Positions 10,595 through 20,380 of a DNA stretch of 64,000 bases are shown one piece after another. The translations under genes and the position numbers were made by a program. The notes beneath the pieces were generated by a model. That model worked only from the letters and a program-made list of their open reading frames with translations. It was not told the origin of the DNA and searched no databases. Origin of the DNA: Escherichia phage FV3; the sequence record NC_019517.1; one strand, given 5' to 3'. The stretch's first letter is position 1. Each line of letters begins with the position of its first letter.

Positions 10595-11272
10595 TTAGTG
10601 CGGTCCACTTGTCTCACCATCAGGGCAAGAGTGGGTATGACCTTTATATTCTGCATAGAATGAGTCCAAATCCACACCAGCAGCAGTTATGATTCTACCC
10701 GATGGGTCTATTGTGGCACCATTCATTCTAATATTTCCGTCCACAGCAGCTCGTAAATTGGCAGCTCCGTTGGTGAAAGAAAACTCCCCGCTACTGTCGC
10801 ACCGTAATGTCCCACCAGGTGTTTGAAGCTCAAAATCACCAGAAGGTGTCAGCTTAAAATAAACCTTATCATTCCATAGCTCTACATTGTCAGGATCGAT
10901 CTGCAAAGCGTTAGAGTCTGAATGAACAGAGGTTATTGCCCACCCCGGAAACAGGCCGTGAGTTTGTTGATCATCATTATTGTTTTCATTTCTCTCTGAA
11001 AACTGCAATCCTACAACATCACCAGCCTTAATAGGAAGTGTTAACCTTGCCTTCCCACTGTTTGCAGACATCACCTGTATTGGCACATCATAGATAAGAG
11101 GGTATCTCTCAACATCCCCGTCATCAAACGTTGTTTCAGCTATTGGCTGCACTGCTGCGGAGGGGATACTGTAATCTACACTGACAACTCTGGCCCTGAT
11201 ACTGGTGTGGTAGTCCCTCATTATTTTTTCTATAAAGGATCTTACGGCAGCATCTTTCCTATTTATTGCCAT
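10595..11272 (-). CDS. Putative baseplate central spike (gpV-like)
   Basis: 225-aa ORF downstream of tape measure block; C-terminal His/Cys cluster (HTHSCPDGETSGPH) resembles metal-binding spike tips; assignment is by position and size. Confidence 0.35.
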   Translation of the reverse strand: MAINRKDAAVRSFIEKIMRDYHTSIRARVVSVDYSIPSAAVQPIAETTFDDGDVERYPLIYDVPIQVMSANSGKARLTLPIKAGDVVGLQFSERNENNNDDQQTHGLFPGWAITSVHSDSNALQIDPDNVELWNDKVYFKLTPSGDFELQTPGGTLRCDSSGEFSFTNGAANLRAAVDGNIRMNGATIDPSGRIITAAGVDLDSFYAEYKGHTHSCPDGETSGPH

Positions 11273-12270
11273 TATACCTCCTCAGTTTTGTCAACAACTC
11301 CACCTATTGTTTCCCCAAGGCCAAGCTCTGTAATGTAATCACCGCCTTCTATGGTGCCCTTATGGTGCACTGTGATCACCTTATAGAAGCCTGTGTATTG
11401 CCTGCTTTTAAGATAAATGGTGGACTCTGGGAGGATAGCTCCGTTAAGACATGTGGTTACAGTAAGACCAACATCCTCTCTCGGGTTTTTCTTTTTCTTA
11501 CTTGTGCCACCTTTCGCAGCAGCTTTAGCTTTTCGTTTTTTAGCGGGTTCTGGGTTTTTAGGGGTAGGTGATCCGTGCATCCCAGACTCTGCACTTATTT
11601 CAAACACAGAATCCTTGAACCTTTTTCCAACCTTGGTCCAATACAAAGCCCCATCCTGAACGCTAAACGTCGAGTTGGTCAGCCTTGCAAACCTGCGGAG
11701 GTTCTCTGCAGTGTTTCCAGAGAAAGCCATAGAGTATTGCAAAGTCTGGTTTCCAAAACCAACAACCCTGCCTTTTGGCAAGTTCATATCCTTCAGTAGG
11801 TCATTAAGCACAGAGTTCAGAGGTGTACCTTTCTGATAAGATCTTGTGCTTTGGCACTTAATGATGTTCTCAGTGCCATCCCCAAAGATGAACTTAGTTT
11901 TTCTGGTCGGGCCTTCCCATCTGTCCTCAACAAACTCTACAGTTCCAGAGAATATCAACTGGTTTTCATTATCATAGCCAGCCTCAAACATAACTGCAAG
12001 AGCATCAGCTTGATGCATATCTAGATAGTTAACTGTATCGTCAGACAGGTTGTAAACTGTCACATAGCCTTTGTTTGGCTCTTTGGTGTTGTCCTTTTGT
12101 ATGTCAAACTCTATATTGGCAGCACCAGTGTCCGAGCTAATCTCATAAACTCCGGAATCACTCTCTCCTTTCTTTTCAACAGATTTTGGGATATTGGTTT
12201 TTGATTTACCGCCATGCTCTACAGGACGACCAAACAACAGTCGCCATGTTCTACGTCTGTACTCTGCCAT
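11272..12270 (-). CDS. Putative baseplate hub / tail protein (332 aa)
   Basis: ORF in baseplate block; Lys-rich internal linker (KKRKAKAAAKGGTSKKKK). Confidence 0.3.
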   Translation of the reverse strand: MAEYRRRTWRLLFGRPVEHGGKSKTNIPKSVEKKGESDSGVYEISSDTGAANIEFDIQKDNTKEPNKGYVTVYNLSDDTVNYLDMHQADALAVMFEAGYDNENQLIFSGTVEFVEDRWEGPTRKTKFIFGDGTENIIKCQSTRSYQKGTPLNSVLNDLLKDMNLPKGRVVGFGNQTLQYSMAFSGNTAENLRRFARLTNSTFSVQDGALYWTKVGKRFKDSVFEISAESGMHGSPTPKNPEPAKKRKAKAAAKGGTSKKKKNPREDVGLTVTTCLNGAILPESTIYLKSRQYTGFYKVITVHHKGTIEGGDYITELGLGETIGGVVDKTEEV

Positions 12271-12650
12271 TATTCTAACCCTTGCTGTTCCTTGTAAAGA
12301 TCAACTGGGGTACCGTATACAAGTTGCAGCTCAGATCTTGCTCCAAGGTTGTATCTTCCAACCCGTCCCCAATATTGATCGTCTTTAAACGACAGCACCA
12401 TCAATCTACCTTTCGGTAAATCGTCTCTGTAATGCAGTCCGTCTAAAATATCTTGACAAGCTGTTACTTTTCTGGTTACTAAAGGACTGTCACCTACCGG
12501 ACCAAGAGATAACCACCAGGACTCATCCCTCTCATTCCATTGCATACGCATTTCATACGTCTCATTGTCTAAAACAACACGCATGGTTTGATCAGGAAAG
12601 CCGTCAATGTCCCACACAAAGGTGATTATGCACCAATCTTTAAGCTCCAT
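12270..12650 (-). CDS. Hypothetical tail protein (126 aa)
   Basis: ORF with ATGA-type overlap to the downstream gene in the tail block. Confidence 0.3.
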   Translation of the reverse strand: MELKDWCIITFVWDIDGFPDQTMRVVLDNETYEMRMQWNERDESWWLSLGPVGDSPLVTRKVTACQDILDGLHYRDDLPKGRLMVLSFKDDQYWGRVGRYNLGARSELQLVYGTPVDLYKEQQGLE

Positions 12651-12662
12651 TACACGCTCCCC

Positions 12663-13574
12663 TTATTTTCCGTTAACTTTGTTGTAGTTTCCCTGCTCAG
12701 ATGGGACTATGGTAGAAGGTCTTCCATATTCCTGATAATACCAATCCGCAGCAGATTGGGTAACACCGTTTTCATCCGTCCACATCATAGATTTGTATGG
12801 CTGCCACTCTTCTGCAGCATTTGTGGATGCAGTGTCTGCAAATGCCCCTGTGTCCCTCTTGTTACCTACGTTACTGCCATTCTTACAATCGTTGACAGCA
12901 CCTTTTTGCTGGGTCTTGCCTACTTTCTTAGGGTTGCTGTATACAGTTGCATTAACAACCTTGTTCAAGTAGAATGTGCGGAACTCTGTAAGTTCTACAT
13001 CAAACACCATCGCAGCGCCTTCACCAACAGACTTGTTGGCAGAAAGACTGGTTATGATGTAGTTCTCAAGGAGTCTCTCCTCGGTAACCAAAGAAACCAA
13101 TTGGCGCTTATTAATGATCTCAGTCAAAGCCTCCAGTGCAGCGCCCGGTCGCATAGATGCTGCAGGGTTTTTAGAGTCAGTATTCCTGTCAATGTAGTTT
13201 TGCTCATAGATTATATGTGGTGATGTATTTACCCTACCAGTAAAAGAAAATACACCATCTTTAATTACAGCGTGGTCTGACAGGGTAGATTTATCTTCCA
13301 CCGCAAAATCAGTCTTATCAACAGAATGTTTGAAAGAGTAATTCTCAACCTGATCGAAGATAATGGCAAGATCGTTAGTAAAGTTTTTACCCTTCATCTC
13401 CGTATTGCGACCACCATAGTTAAGACCGCTGACAAACATAGTGTATTTTACATCGCTTTCAGTTTGCTGCTCTGCCTTTTCAGCCTTTGGAGATTTAACC
13501 TCTTGAGGCTTGTACAGGTCTTTTTCATCAACTATATTGCTTGGCATAACCTCTCCAGGACACTCCGATACCAT
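12663..13574 (-). CDS. Hypothetical tail / distal tail protein (303 aa)
   Basis: First ORF after tape measure gene and its terminator. Confidence 0.3.
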   Translation of the reverse strand: MVSECPGEVMPSNIVDEKDLYKPQEVKSPKAEKAEQQTESDVKYTMFVSGLNYGGRNTEMKGKNFTNDLAIIFDQVENYSFKHSVDKTDFAVEDKSTLSDHAVIKDGVFSFTGRVNTSPHIIYEQNYIDRNTDSKNPAASMRPGAALEALTEIINKRQLVSLVTEERLLENYIITSLSANKSVGEGAAMVFDVELTEFRTFYLNKVVNATVYSNPKKVGKTQQKGAVNDCKNGSNVGNKRDTGAFADTASTNAAEEWQPYKSMMWTDENGVTQSAADWYYQEYGRPSTIVPSEQGNYNKVNGK

Positions 13575-13611
13575 CTAAATATTGTATCATAAAATAGCCG
13601 TTTTTACAACA

Positions 13612-13640
13612 CCGATAAAATAAAGGGGGCCAGAGCCCCC
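13612..13640 (-). terminator. Intrinsic terminator downstream of tape measure gene
   Basis: GC hairpin (plus 13625-13640 gggggccagagccccc) followed on the minus strand by a U-rich tract (plus A-rich 13613-13624). Confidence 0.5.
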
Positions 13641-13653
13641 TGTGTGCTGTTTA

Positions 13654-15993
13654 TTACCAAAGATCTGTTGACATAAAGTTAATATCTTTGTTATTCTCCC
13701 ACTCAAGTTTTGCATCGAGTATTTTGCTAAACTCACCCTCATCTATTGAAATCGTGATTTTGCCATCACTGATCTCTAAAGGTAGCATTTCCATAGTTCT
13801 TAATTGAGAAGCAAAACCAGGGCCACCTGGCAACGGAAGAGTACCGCCCGGTAAGGTATCCAAAGGATCAACAAACCCGTTACCTCCCGATATGATATCT
13901 TTGCGAATCATATCGCTGATAGTATCCAGTTGCTGATTTCTCTCACTCAGTGGGTTGAAACGGTCATTAAATAACTCCCCGGCACTTAATATTGTACCGA
14001 TAATACCAAGCTTACCAAGCAGGCCAACTTTACCACCAGGTGTCTTGAGGCCACCTCCCCCTTTTCCTGCTGCACCCCCACCAGATCCTTCTGTGGTAGC
14101 TGCACCCGCTGCTGCTGCTCCAGCTGCACCTCTTAGAGAGCTAAGGAATTTGAAGGTTTTTACAAGCATAGATGCCATGACAAAACCTTTTGTCAGGGCG
14201 TTCACTACCAGCATGATGGCAGCAGCAAACCCTGCCCATTTAGCATAGCTAAAGGTGTCATGAAGCTCTTCAGAATATTCCTTCGTCTTAGCTGTTATGA
14301 ATCCCCATTTAATCCCCCATTCAAGGAAAAACATGCGGATCTTGACTATGGTATTGTTTAGTTCACCAATTACCCAGTTGAGACCTCTCACAAACCCACT
14401 AACAAAATCACCAGAGGCATCCCACACAAATTGCAAAGTCTCACCAGTGCGAATCAGTGTATAATAGAACTCTGTTAGTTCATCAGCCCAACGGGTGAAT
14501 AGTTTCTGACGAGACAGTTCGATGAAGGTTTTCAGTCGGTTTTCTGCCAGTACGTTAGACTTCTGCATTCTTTCATAACCAGCTGCAGATGCCTCGTTCA
14601 TGTACTTAGCCACATACTTCATGATCTTGGCTGTCTTAACCTCACCTTTCTTCATCATGTCCATGAACTGATCCATGGATAGTTCAGAAAGACCAAAAGC
14701 CTCTTTGGTGGCCTTGATAAAAGGTTCGTATGCACCGGGCAATGCTTCAGCAAGTTGTTGCTTCAGTTCTTCGGACATTACCTGTCCTTTACCGAGCATT
14801 TGCTGGATTGCCATAATGCCGCGCTGGTATTTTACCTCATCGGCACCATAAGCAGCAGCATACTGTGAGTATGCAGAGAATAGCTCATGCACCTCTTGAT
14901 TTGTCATCTGGTTTTTGGCGTTTACCGCCATCTGGGCGTAACCTTGAAGACCAGATTTGAGATCAAAACCAAGACGCATAGCCTCTTGCTGGACAAACGC
15001 AACCTCACTGTTGGCCTTGTTTGGATCTCCAGTAACAGCAGTAAGAGCAGCACTTGCCCCCTCCATCATGTGACCAGATCTGTTCACAGCAGTAAATCCA
15101 GAGAAAGCCGTATACGCAGCTGTTGCATTAATAACAGATCTACGTAAGTCTCTCATGGCATCGCCTAGTGTAAGCGTTTGGCTTGTAGCGCTTTTAAATC
15201 CAGACTGCAGAGCTGACAGGTGGGCGTTAAAGGTTGACTTTTTCATCTCCCCGCGAGCAAACCTGGACTCTAACTCTGAGTATCCTGGCAAGCTTCCACG
15301 GAATCCGGCCCCATACTTGGCAGAAAGTCTTATCGCAGAGTTGTATAGGTGGGTTCTCCTTGCCTCACGATCAGACATAAGCTTATTATCCATACCAGCT
15401 TTACTGTCTCTTCTTAGCTGTCTATGATAACGATTCATAGCAGCTGTCTGAGCTTTCACAAGGTTAGGGTCGGAAGCCACACCACCCATATTAGAGTTAC
15501 CAGGGATATACTTGAAAGATTTGGCATTAGCCAAAACTCTTGCCTTAGGTGCCTTATAACCGCCGTAAGACACTGGTGCAGATTTGGTAGCCTTTTTGGC
15601 CTCTTTAGCTTGCTGCTGGTAGAACTTACGCATCCTAGCCATTTCTGGATTTTTAGCGGTAAGATTACCCACAGCTTGTTTACGTCTCGCGTTCTCCCTA
15701 CGTTCTATTGCAGCCCTTACTGCAGCCTCTTTCTTGGCCTGTGCTACGCTCTCCCTGTGCAGTTTAGCATTTGCCTGAGATTGCTGTCTGGCAACCCGCT
15801 GCATTGTTTGCTGGGTTTTAACAGCCACTGCCTGCCATCTACTCATTGGGTTGGCTGAGTTAAAATCCTCGCCCAGTTTCCTGAACTCCCTCCCAATACT
15901 GCGAATTTTCTCTACAGCTTTTTTGTAGGAGGAGTTCTCTATCTCAAAGCCAATCTTGTTGACTGTTGTGGCAACTATTTTGTTTGTAGCCAT
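13654..15993 (-). CDS. Tail tape measure protein
   Basis: 779-aa ORF immediately downstream of the chaperone frameshift pair; long alpha-helical/coiled-coil composition with a Gly/Ala-rich segment (GAAGAAAAGAATTEGSGGGAAGKGGGG). Confidence 0.75.
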   Translation of the reverse strand: MATNKIVATTVNKIGFEIENSSYKKAVEKIRSIGREFRKLGEDFNSANPMSRWQAVAVKTQQTMQRVARQQSQANAKLHRESVAQAKKEAAVRAAIERRENARRKQAVGNLTAKNPEMARMRKFYQQQAKEAKKATKSAPVSYGGYKAPKARVLANAKSFKYIPGNSNMGGVASDPNLVKAQTAAMNRYHRQLRRDSKAGMDNKLMSDREARRTHLYNSAIRLSAKYGAGFRGSLPGYSELESRFARGEMKKSTFNAHLSALQSGFKSATSQTLTLGDAMRDLRRSVINATAAYTAFSGFTAVNRSGHMMEGASAALTAVTGDPNKANSEVAFVQQEAMRLGFDLKSGLQGYAQMAVNAKNQMTNQEVHELFSAYSQYAAAYGADEVKYQRGIMAIQQMLGKGQVMSEELKQQLAEALPGAYEPFIKATKEAFGLSELSMDQFMDMMKKGEVKTAKIMKYVAKYMNEASAAGYERMQKSNVLAENRLKTFIELSRQKLFTRWADELTEFYYTLIRTGETLQFVWDASGDFVSGFVRGLNWVIGELNNTIVKIRMFFLEWGIKWGFITAKTKEYSEELHDTFSYAKWAGFAAAIMLVVNALTKGFVMASMLVKTFKFLSSLRGAAGAAAAGAATTEGSGGGAAGKGGGGLKTPGGKVGLLGKLGIIGTILSAGELFNDRFNPLSERNQQLDTISDMIRKDIISGGNGFVDPLDTLPGGTLPLPGGPGFASQLRTMEMLPLEISDGKITISIDEGEFSKILDAKLEWENNKDINFMSTDLW

Positions 15994-16047
15994 GCTTTCC
16001 TCATAATAAAAAGGGCCAGATCCCAGAAAAGGAATCCGGCCCTTAGA

Positions 16048-16412
16048 TTATCCTCTCCTGCGCTTAGCTTTCGCAGCAGCTGCGGCAGCCTTCTGCTCCC
16101 GCTCCATTTCCCTGTTTTGGACGGTATCTAGGAATTCTTCGATATCAAGATACTCACAGAGCTTCAGGAAATACGCCATATCTGCAAGATTTAGCGATTC
16201 AAAATTTTCCCCTTTGAAATTCTTGAGCACCCTGCACCAAAGAAAGTCGAACCAGTTGAGTGAACTGTTCTTGGCTGCCCACTCACTGGCCCTCACAACA
16301 ACCTTGCTTATTCCTGCTCTTCCGGAGTCTGATCCAGATTGTTCACCTGCTGAATCATACCCATCTGCTGTAACATCTCCAGAAGGCTTCCTAAACCGTC
16401 TTGTGTGAAAAA
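16048..16412 (-). CDS. Tail assembly chaperone -1 frameshift extension (T-like part of G-T fusion)
   Basis: The -1 frame is open from 16419 to the stop at 16048 and overlaps the 3' end of ORF 16308..16781; slippery heptamer T_TTT_TTC in the upstream frame. The ORF-track start at 16296 is a GTG, so an independent start is unlikely. Confidence 0.5.
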
Positions 16413-16781
16413 ACAGCCGTAGTTAACCTCCAGAACCTTACCTGCCAGCTTAATCATCTCCAGCAGATGCCCTGCAAACACAACATCAGGGTTAAGCTTA
16501 TCCACACCATCCACGGTAATATCTTCGAACAAGATTTTAAATAACTCTTCGATAGAGTTATCATCAAGTTCTTGGAACAGGTAAGCCAGGGCTGTAGGAA
16601 GGACCTCTGCCATATTCTGACCGCCTGAGAGAATAGATCCACCGATAGCACCTAGCGGGACAGCTACAATCTTACCGATTTTAGGCATGTTTTTCATTGC
16701 TTTCATCGGTCCCCAGTGGGTGATCACAAAGTTGTGCCCTGCTAAATCAATCTCTGTTGTAGGTCTAAAGTTTATAGCCAT
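16308..16781 (-). CDS. Tail assembly chaperone (gpG-like)
   Basis: 157-aa ORF between tube-like gene and tape measure gene; contains a -1 slippery site near its 3' end. Confidence 0.55.
   Translation of the reverse strand: MAINFRPTTEIDLAGHNFVITHWGPMKAMKNMPKIGKIVAVPLGAIGGSILSGGQNMAEVLPTALAYLFQELDDNSIEELFKILFEDITVDGVDKLNPDVVFAGHLLEMIKLAGKVLEVNYGCFFTQDGLGSLLEMLQQMGMIQQVNNLDQTPEEQE
16406..16413 (-). other. Programmed -1 ribosomal frameshift slippery site (T TTT TTC)
   Basis: Minus-strand sequence TGT TTT TTC ACA in the chaperone frame (plus gaaaaaa at 16407-16413); shifting -1 reads FFHTRRF... into the 16048 ORF. Confidence 0.55.
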
Positions 16782-16824
16782 TTTATAGCATCCTTATTAG
16801 TCATGTTGTGCACCATATTTGTGT

Positions 16825-16853
16825 ATTTTACCATGATTATGGTGCATTGTCAA
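16825..16853 (-). promoter_or_regulatory. Sigma70-type promoter for tail chaperone / tape measure operon, with inverted repeat overlapping it
   Basis: Minus strand TTGACA (16853-16848), 17-nt spacer, TAAAAT (16830-16825); 9-bp inverted repeat TGCACCATA (16809-16817) / TATGGTGCA (16838-16846) straddles the -10 region. Confidence 0.55.
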
Positions 16854-16892
16854 TTTAACCTTTCAAGCAATTCAAGAACGTGTGTCAAAACC

Positions 16893-16925
16893 ATAAAAGC
16901 AAAAAGCCCCACCCGAAGGTGAGGC
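16893..16925 (-). terminator. Intrinsic terminator downstream of tube-like gene
   Basis: Stem gccccacc-cgaa-ggtgaggc (plus 16906-16925) followed on the minus strand by a U-tract (plus A-run 16897-16905). Confidence 0.55.
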
Positions 16926-16943
16926 CTATGCTAAAGTGTGCCC

Positions 16944-17417
16944 TTAGATAATACCTGCAAGACCTGCGAGGCCAGTGAGAGCACCAGTGATGTTGTCACG
17001 GTTGAGCCATGCATCCAGAATACCAATATCCCAGTCCAGTTGACCTACTTCGGTTCCGTAAGTCAGGTCAGGCTGCTTCTGAATCCAACCGATTGTGGAA
17101 ATACCAGGACCCTGGCTGCCCTCCAGCAGAACTGGGAAGAATACCAGACCAGTAATCGATGCCTGTTTCTGCCAGTCAGAGAGGTAAGCGTTCCATACAG
17201 AAGTGTTCTGCAAAGACACAGTCATAACACCTGATTGGTTACGAGACAGTGCCGCAGACATTTCGCCATCCACACCAACATGAGGGTAGATGTTGTCTTC
17301 GTTTCTTGAAACAACGATCTTGGTGTCAGCAGCGAAGCCAGTGACACGCTGCTGCATCAGATACAGTTTGACCTTTTTAGGGTCATACGCATAAGGAGTT
17401 AAAATTTGAGTTTCCAT
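16944..17417 (-). CDS. Putative tail tube protein
   Basis: 157-aa ORF directly downstream of the sheath-like gene and upstream of chaperone and tape measure genes; followed by a terminator. Confidence 0.45.
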   Translation of the reverse strand: METQILTPYAYDPKKVKLYLMQQRVTGFAADTKIVVSRNEDNIYPHVGVDGEMSAALSRNQSGVMTVSLQNTSVWNAYLSDWQKQASITGLVFFPVLLEGSQGPGISTIGWIQKQPDLTYGTEVGQLDWDIGILDAWLNRDNITGALTGLAGLAGII

Positions 17418-17427
17418 CTAGTCTTCC

Positions 17428-18804
17428 TTATTCAGTCATTGCAACAGCATTGGTGGATTTAGAACCAACTTTGTCCAGAAGGACGTTGATCCGGATACGA
17501 ACGAAGTGCAGGGCGTTGTTATACACCAGTTCCACTTTCACACCTTCCAGAACACGAGCAGCCAACTGATTGGTTGGGATCTCTGCACGTTTAGGAACTG
17601 TGATGATCGGGTCGTAGAACACATTGTTGTCTTCGTCAAAACCTGTCAGGATCGCGCCATTCTTAATGCCAGTATTGATCGGGTTGTTCATCAGAACAGA
17701 CTTGATAACCGGAAGATCATCATCAGACATCTTCATGCTTAAACCCATATTGGAGCGGCGATGCATGTACCCGAACATGGATTCTTCAGATCTGAACTTG
17801 ATCCAGTGTGCAAAACGAATAGCGTCTGCATACTGACCTGAAGCACACTTACCTTCCCAGAAAGCGCCAACACCGTTAATCATTCTGTAGAAGTTAACGT
17901 GGTTTTCCCAAATCGCCATACGCTGAGTCAAAGTCAGAGATGGTGCAATCACACCAGGCATCTGTTTTAAGTGCAAACTGTCACCGTAAGACGGGTCGTT
18001 GGATGCCATAGCACCTATGATACCACCCTCCGGAAAATCTTTATCCGCACGAGGATCGTACATGCCGACGCTATCATATTGTGCAGCCATCAGTTTGGTG
18101 GCGATGTTACTATCTTTGCCAGTCACATCTTCTGCCGTAGAGTAGACGTGCAGCTTGTAGTTGGCCTGAGCCCACTTAGCACATGCTTCAATGTCGGTGT
18201 GGTCTTCATGGCACAGGAAGTACCAATTGTCACGCTCAGCATTGATCTTATCAACTACTGTAGAAGGTTTTTCAGCATTGGCGATATTTTTGATTGTATA
18301 GTTACCAGTATGATAACCAACAGTACAGTCACCCGTGATGGTGAGAACACCGTCTTCAGCCGCTACAGTGATATCGTTCAAGCTATCATCTGCTTCAATT
18401 TTAGTCTTCATTGACTCTGCAATCTGAGTTGCACCTGTTCCACCAGAGATAGGCACTATCAGAGAAGTATTGTAGCTACCTTTTGCAATAGTCATTACGA
18501 CATCAGTATCAGCTGCGGCAGCAATACCTTTAAAATCTACAGTGGTTTTTTCTTTTGCCTGTCTGCCGATCATAACATACTGCGGAGGGAATACACCGCC
18601 GAAAGCTTTTGCTGCAAACTCATAAGCTGCAGAGCCTTGTGCGAAACCGTCTTCCACCATCTGATCCAGCTCCGCATATACGCGAGCTCGCTCAGTGAAG
18701 TTGTTGTGGATAGCGATGAACAGCGGAGTTTCGAAACCTACAGTGTCAATAGGCTGGGTTCCGAGGTTAACTGTAACATCTACCACTTTATCTAAATATG
18801 GCAT
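17428..18804 (-). CDS. Putative tail sheath protein
   Basis: 458-aa ORF preceding a small tube-like ORF; sheath-tube-chaperone-tape measure order typical of contractile tails. A major tail protein of another type cannot be excluded. Confidence 0.45.
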   Translation of the reverse strand: MPYLDKVVDVTVNLGTQPIDTVGFETPLFIAIHNNFTERARVYAELDQMVEDGFAQGSAAYEFAAKAFGGVFPPQYVMIGRQAKEKTTVDFKGIAAAADTDVVMTIAKGSYNTSLIVPISGGTGATQIAESMKTKIEADDSLNDITVAAEDGVLTITGDCTVGYHTGNYTIKNIANAEKPSTVVDKINAERDNWYFLCHEDHTDIEACAKWAQANYKLHVYSTAEDVTGKDSNIATKLMAAQYDSVGMYDPRADKDFPEGGIIGAMASNDPSYGDSLHLKQMPGVIAPSLTLTQRMAIWENHVNFYRMINGVGAFWEGKCASGQYADAIRFAHWIKFRSEESMFGYMHRRSNMGLSMKMSDDDLPVIKSVLMNNPINTGIKNGAILTGFDEDNNVFYDPIITVPKRAEIPTNQLAARVLEGVKVELVYNNALHFVRIRINVLLDKVGSKSTNAVAMTE

Positions 18805-18876
18805 TTGTTTCCTCTTAATATCTGTGCACGGATATCAAACACGCAGTGTAATCATTACACTACACAATTATAACGA

Positions 18877-19428
18877 TTACTGACCACTGTCTGTAACCGA
18901 TTTATCAGAATTGGGTGAAGGGAAGTGTGTGGTTATTTCAGCCTTAATTCCCTGAAGATCCTCAAAAGCCCCAATGTCTGTCTCAACAAACCTTACGTTA
19001 AATGTCAGCATTACCGTGGCCCTATTTTCATACGTCTGCTTATTCAACGGCACTCTTTGAGGTGAGATTGTTGAATTGTTAGAGTAAGCAAAGCACGATC
19101 CCAGAGGGAAATACTTGTCATAAAACATTGGAAGATTTATTGCTTGCAATACTCTGCTAAGTGCAGCATGTGCCCTGCCACGATAAGCTGTTAACAGATA
19201 GGTAACAGTGTAACTGTGTGTTACGTAAGCATTACCCTCCGCATCTTGAAACTCATTATCTTCCCAAGTGGTGGGATTGATCGCCAAGGTTTGTAAAAGT
19301 ACAAACTCACCTTCCGGCTTCGGTATGGTAGAGCTTTCTGCCAGAACTACAGTTCTTCCTGTGGCAACCTTGACAAGCTTAGCAATGGTTGTTTCAAGAT
19401 CAGAAAAAACTTTTTCGAAAGCTTCCAT
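18877..19428 (-). CDS. Hypothetical neck / tail completion protein (183 aa)
   Basis: Position between capsid and sheath genes. Confidence 0.3.
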   Translation of the reverse strand: MEAFEKVFSDLETTIAKLVKVATGRTVVLAESSTIPKPEGEFVLLQTLAINPTTWEDNEFQDAEGNAYVTHSYTVTYLLTAYRGRAHAALSRVLQAINLPMFYDKYFPLGSCFAYSNNSTISPQRVPLNKQTYENRATVMLTFNVRFVETDIGAFEDLQGIKAEITTHFPSPNSDKSVTDSGQ

Positions 19429-19853
19429 TAGTTTTCTCCTTCAGGCTCTTCCACCACAAAAAATCTATATCTTCCACCGCCAGATGTGACATATGCATCG
19501 CATTTTAAAACGGTAAACCATTTCAAGTCACCACGGATGTCAGGCAGCTGAATTTGATCAGCCATTGCATATGTTCCTTCATCTGGACTGTACAACTTGG
19601 TTGAGGAGTAAACTGTAAAAGCCTCGTACTGTCTGTCACCTTCAGGATTTATTTGAGAGGAGTAATCTTTAGCTGCCCTTCCTGTCAACGGTTGCACAAC
19701 ACACTCTAAGACATCAAACTCTTCATACTCAAGTTCTAACCCCTCGTTAGCAAAAGGACCACCAACTGTTTTGTTATACACTCTGTGGCGACCTTTGAAT
19801 GTTTTACGAGGTATTAGCCTGTTCTTTCCTATCAGCCTATAACCTGCTGCCAC
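19428..19853 (-). CDS. Hypothetical head-tail joining protein (141 aa)
   Basis: Position; ATGA-type overlap with neighbour. Confidence 0.3.
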   Translation of the reverse strand: MAAGYRLIGKNRLIPRKTFKGRHRVYNKTVGGPFANEGLELEYEEFDVLECVVQPLTGRAAKDYSSQINPEGDRQYEAFTVYSSTKLYSPDEGTYAMADQIQLPDIRGDLKWFTVLKCDAYVTSGGGRYRFFVVEEPEGEN

Positions 19854-19862
19854 TCAACCCCC

Positions 19863-20339
19863 TTATTTTTGCTGTCCAATTTTAAAGGTTGCAGATTCCA
19901 GCAGCACATCGTAATGCCGCATAGCCTCGTTGAAGCCCTTCTCTTGTGCCCACTGCTCACTAACAGTAGGGTTACTAAACTGACCAGCCTCAATAACAAA
20001 CTGGATGGCTTTGGCCCCTGTGTCCCCCATCTGCCTAAGAACAGCCTCTGCACTTGATCCTCTAGCCATAGCTCTCAACAATTTTTCTGTCAAGGTTTGC
20101 AGTTGCGTGCTGTGAAATGCAAAGGCCGTCTCCATGAAATTGCGAACAGGCAGCCCGTTCCAACCGAAGTTGTGAATAGCTGCCAATGTTGCCATATTTA
20201 AGCCTGACGGGTGAGGTTCATCATAAAAGCCGTAGGTTATTGTTTTGCTTTCAAGTTTCACAAGGTCTTTATAAAGGCGATCTAAACGCTTTAAGTTGAA
20301 CCTTGTTTGACATTTAACCTTTAGCATTATATTCCTCAC
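19863..20339 (-). CDS. Hypothetical head-tail adaptor protein (158 aa)
   Basis: Position in neck module. Confidence 0.3.
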   Translation of the reverse strand: MRNIMLKVKCQTRFNLKRLDRLYKDLVKLESKTITYGFYDEPHPSGLNMATLAAIHNFGWNGLPVRNFMETAFAFHSTQLQTLTEKLLRAMARGSSAEAVLRQMGDTGAKAIQFVIEAGQFSNPTVSEQWAQEKGFNEAMRHYDVLLESATFKIGQQK

Positions 20340-20380
20340 TAATGTATTTTACCACAAAGATACATCAAAAGCAACAATTT

